Shown in pieces: positions 44,234 to 46,456 of a stretch of DNA of 46,456 nt. Position 1 is the first letter of the stretch. Each line of letters opens with the position of its first letter. The notes below the pieces were generated by a model. That model did no database searches. It was not told the origin of the DNA and worked only from the letters and a program-made list of their open reading frames with translations. The position numbers and the translations under genes were made by a program. The stretch comes from a virus (lineage: Duplodnaviria; Heunggongvirae; Uroviricota; Caudoviricetes), in IMG/VR virus record IMGVR_UViG_2563366990_000004. One strand, written 5' to 3'.

Positions 44234-46456
44234 AGTGGGTAAAGGGGGCGGCAAGGGGCACACACCGCGTGAGGCGAAGGACAATCTCAAATCCACGCAG
44301 ATGATGAGCGTGATTGATGCCATTGGTGAGGGACCGGTGGAAGGTCCGGTGAAGGGACTGCAGAGTATTCTGGTGAACAAAACCCCGCTGACGGACACGG
44401 ACGGTAATCCCGTGATACACGGTGTGACCGCCGTCTGGCGTGCCGGGGAGCAGGAGCAGACACCGCCGGAAGGCTTTGAGTCCTCCGGGGCAGAAACCGC
44501 ACTGGGCGTGGAGGTGACGAAGGCAAAGCCGGTGACGCGCACCATCACGTCAGCGAACATTGACCGTCTGCGGGTCACCTTCGGGGTGCAGTCACTGGTG
44601 GAGACCACCTCAAAGGGTGACCGTAATCCCTCTTCTGTCCGCCTGCTGATTCAGCTTGAGCGTAACGGGCACTGGGTGACGGAGAAGGATGTCACCATTA
44701 ACGGCAAGACCACCTCGCAGTACCTGACGTCGGTGATTCTGAATAATCTCCCTGAGCGCCCCTTTAACATCCGGATGGTCAGGGAGACGGCGGACAGCAC
44801 CACGGACCAGCTGCAGAACAGAACGCTGTGGTCGTCATACACCGAAATCATCGATGTGAAACAGTGCTACCCGAACACGGCTATTGTGGGGCTGCAGGTG
44901 GATGCGGAGCAGTTTGGTGGCCAGCAGCTGACGGTGAACTACCATATCCGTGGTCGCATCATTCAGGTGCCGTCAAACTATGACCCGGAAAAACGCACCT
45001 ACAGCGGTATCTGGGACGGCAGTCTGAAACCGGCATACAGCAATAACCCGGCCTGGTGCCTGTGGGACATGCTGACCCACCCGCGCTACGGCATGGGAAA
45101 ACGCCTGGGGGCCGCGGATGTGGACAAGTGGGCACTGTATGCCATCGGGCAGTACTGTGACCAGACGGTCCCGGATGGTTTCGGGGGCACAGAGCCGCGG
45201 ATGACTTTTAATGCGTACCTGTCACAGCAGCGTAAGGTCTGGGATGTCCTGGGGGATTTCTGCTCGGCGATGCGCTGTATGCCGGTATGGAACGGCCAGA
45301 CGCTGACGTTCGTTCAGGACCGCCCGTCGGATGTGGTGTGGCCCTACACCAACAGCGATGTGGTGGTGGATGATAACGGCGTGGGGTTCCGCTACAGCTT
45401 CAGTGCCCTGAAGGACCGGCACACGGCGGTGGAGGTGAATTACACCGACCCGCAGAACGGCTGGCAGACTTCCACGGAACTGGTGGAAGACCCGGACGCC
45501 ATCCTGCGCTACGGGCGCAACCTGCTGAAGATGGATGCGTTCGGCTGTACCAGCCGCGGTCAGGCCCACCGTGCCGGACTGTGGGTGATAAAGACCGAAC
45601 TGCTGGAAACGCAGACGGTGGATTTCACGCTCGGGTCACAGGGGCTGCGTCACACACCCGGTGACATCATTGAAATCTGTGATAACGACTATGCCGGGAC
45701 CCTGACCGGCGGACGCATCCTGTCCATCGATGCCGCCAGCCGTACCCTGACGCTGGACCGTGAGGTGATACTGCTGGAAGCAGGGACATCGATGGTGAAC
45801 CTGATTAACGGCAGCGGTAAGCCGGTGCGCGTGGACATCACTGCACACCCCGCCCCTGACCGGATACAGGTCAGCGCCCTGCCGGATGGCGTGGAGACAT
45901 ACGGTGTGTGGGGACTCTCCCTGCCGTCACTGCGTCGTCGCCTGTTCCGCTGTGTTTCCATCCGGGAAAACACGGACGGTACCTTTGCCATCACGGCGGT
46001 GCAGCATGTGCCGGAAAAAGAAGCCATTGTGGATAACGGGGCCCGCTTTGAGCCGATGTCCGGCTCACTGAACAGCGTCATCCCGCCGGCGGTGCAGCAC
46101 CTTACGGTGGAGGTGAGTGCCTCAGACGGCCAGTATCTGGCACTGGCGAAATGGGACACGCCGCGGGTGGTGAAGGGCGTGCGCTTCAGTCTGCGCCTGA
46201 CCAGCGGAAACGGTGAAAACAGCCGCCTGGTGACCACCGCCATCACTGCCGACACGGAGCACCGTTTCAGTGGCCTGCCTCTGGGGGAATACACCCTGAC
46301 GGTCAGGGCGATAAACAGCTACGGCCAGCAGGGCGAACCTGCCACCACCACGTTCCGGATTAACGCACCGGCAGCACCGGCCAGCATTGAACTGACGCCG
46401 GGGTATTATCAGATAACGGCGGTCCCGCATCTTACGGTGTATGACCCGACGGTACA
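44234..46456 (+). CDS. J: Tail tip/host-specificity protein J (3' end beyond the window)
   Basis: GTG 44234 preceded by GGAGAGGGGG; own translation [39 protein letters not shown]… is collinear with lambda J ([39 protein letters not shown]…) and stays open to the window end. Absent from the track because no stop lies in the window. Confidence 0.9.

Noticed and set aside
45689-46294. 201-aa minus-strand ORF inside J
   Set aside because: Antisense to the J reading frame, which translates collinearly with lambda J.
1-46456. Insertion sequences or transposase genes
   Set aside because: No transposase-like ORF or terminal inverted repeats recognised; the only mobility gene is the phage integrase.

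Overview
The window is almost entirely one lambdoid enterobacterial prophage (a lambda / Rac / phage-21-type mosaic). It is entered at its integrase-proximal att junction, a 3' fragment of a tRNA-Ser(UGA)-like gene at 549-608, and runs to tail gene J, which is cut by the window end. Order: host YkgJ-like gene | att core | int-xis-exonuclease early-left operon (minus strand) | OL-like operator, higB-higA, repressor, OR-like operator, Cro/YdaS-like and YdaT-like genes | DUF1376 (O-like) and lambda-P-like replication genes with embedded iterons | long array of small accessory (ead/Ea22-like and unknown) genes | hok/mok, lipoprotein, parDE | DUF968, rusA, Q, pR'/qut/tR' | late-operon cargo (small wHTH, orphan DNA methyltransferase, AraC-family regulator, two ~240-bp repeat units, NanS-p-type esterase) | phage-21-type lysis cassette (dual-start pinholin, SAR endolysin, Rz/Rz1) split by an AT-rich two-gene insertion | cos | Nu1-A-W-B-C-D-E-FI-FII-Z-U-V-G/T-H-M-L-K-I | 0.7-kb repeat-rich I-J spacer | J (partial). 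Identifications rest on reading the supplied translations against remembered lambda, Rac, Qin and phage-21 proteins; no database search was run. The best candidates for something undescribed are (1) the unknown 385-aa plus convergent 106-aa gene pair inserted between holin and endolysin, (2) the three direct repeat units with hairpins and a CRP-like motif in the I-J spacer, and (3) the two ~240-bp terminator-capped repeat units at the locus where Stx phages carry stx. Three toxin-antitoxin modules of different types (HigBA, Hok/Mok, ParDE) sit in one prophage, with HigBA in the position lambda uses for rexAB.
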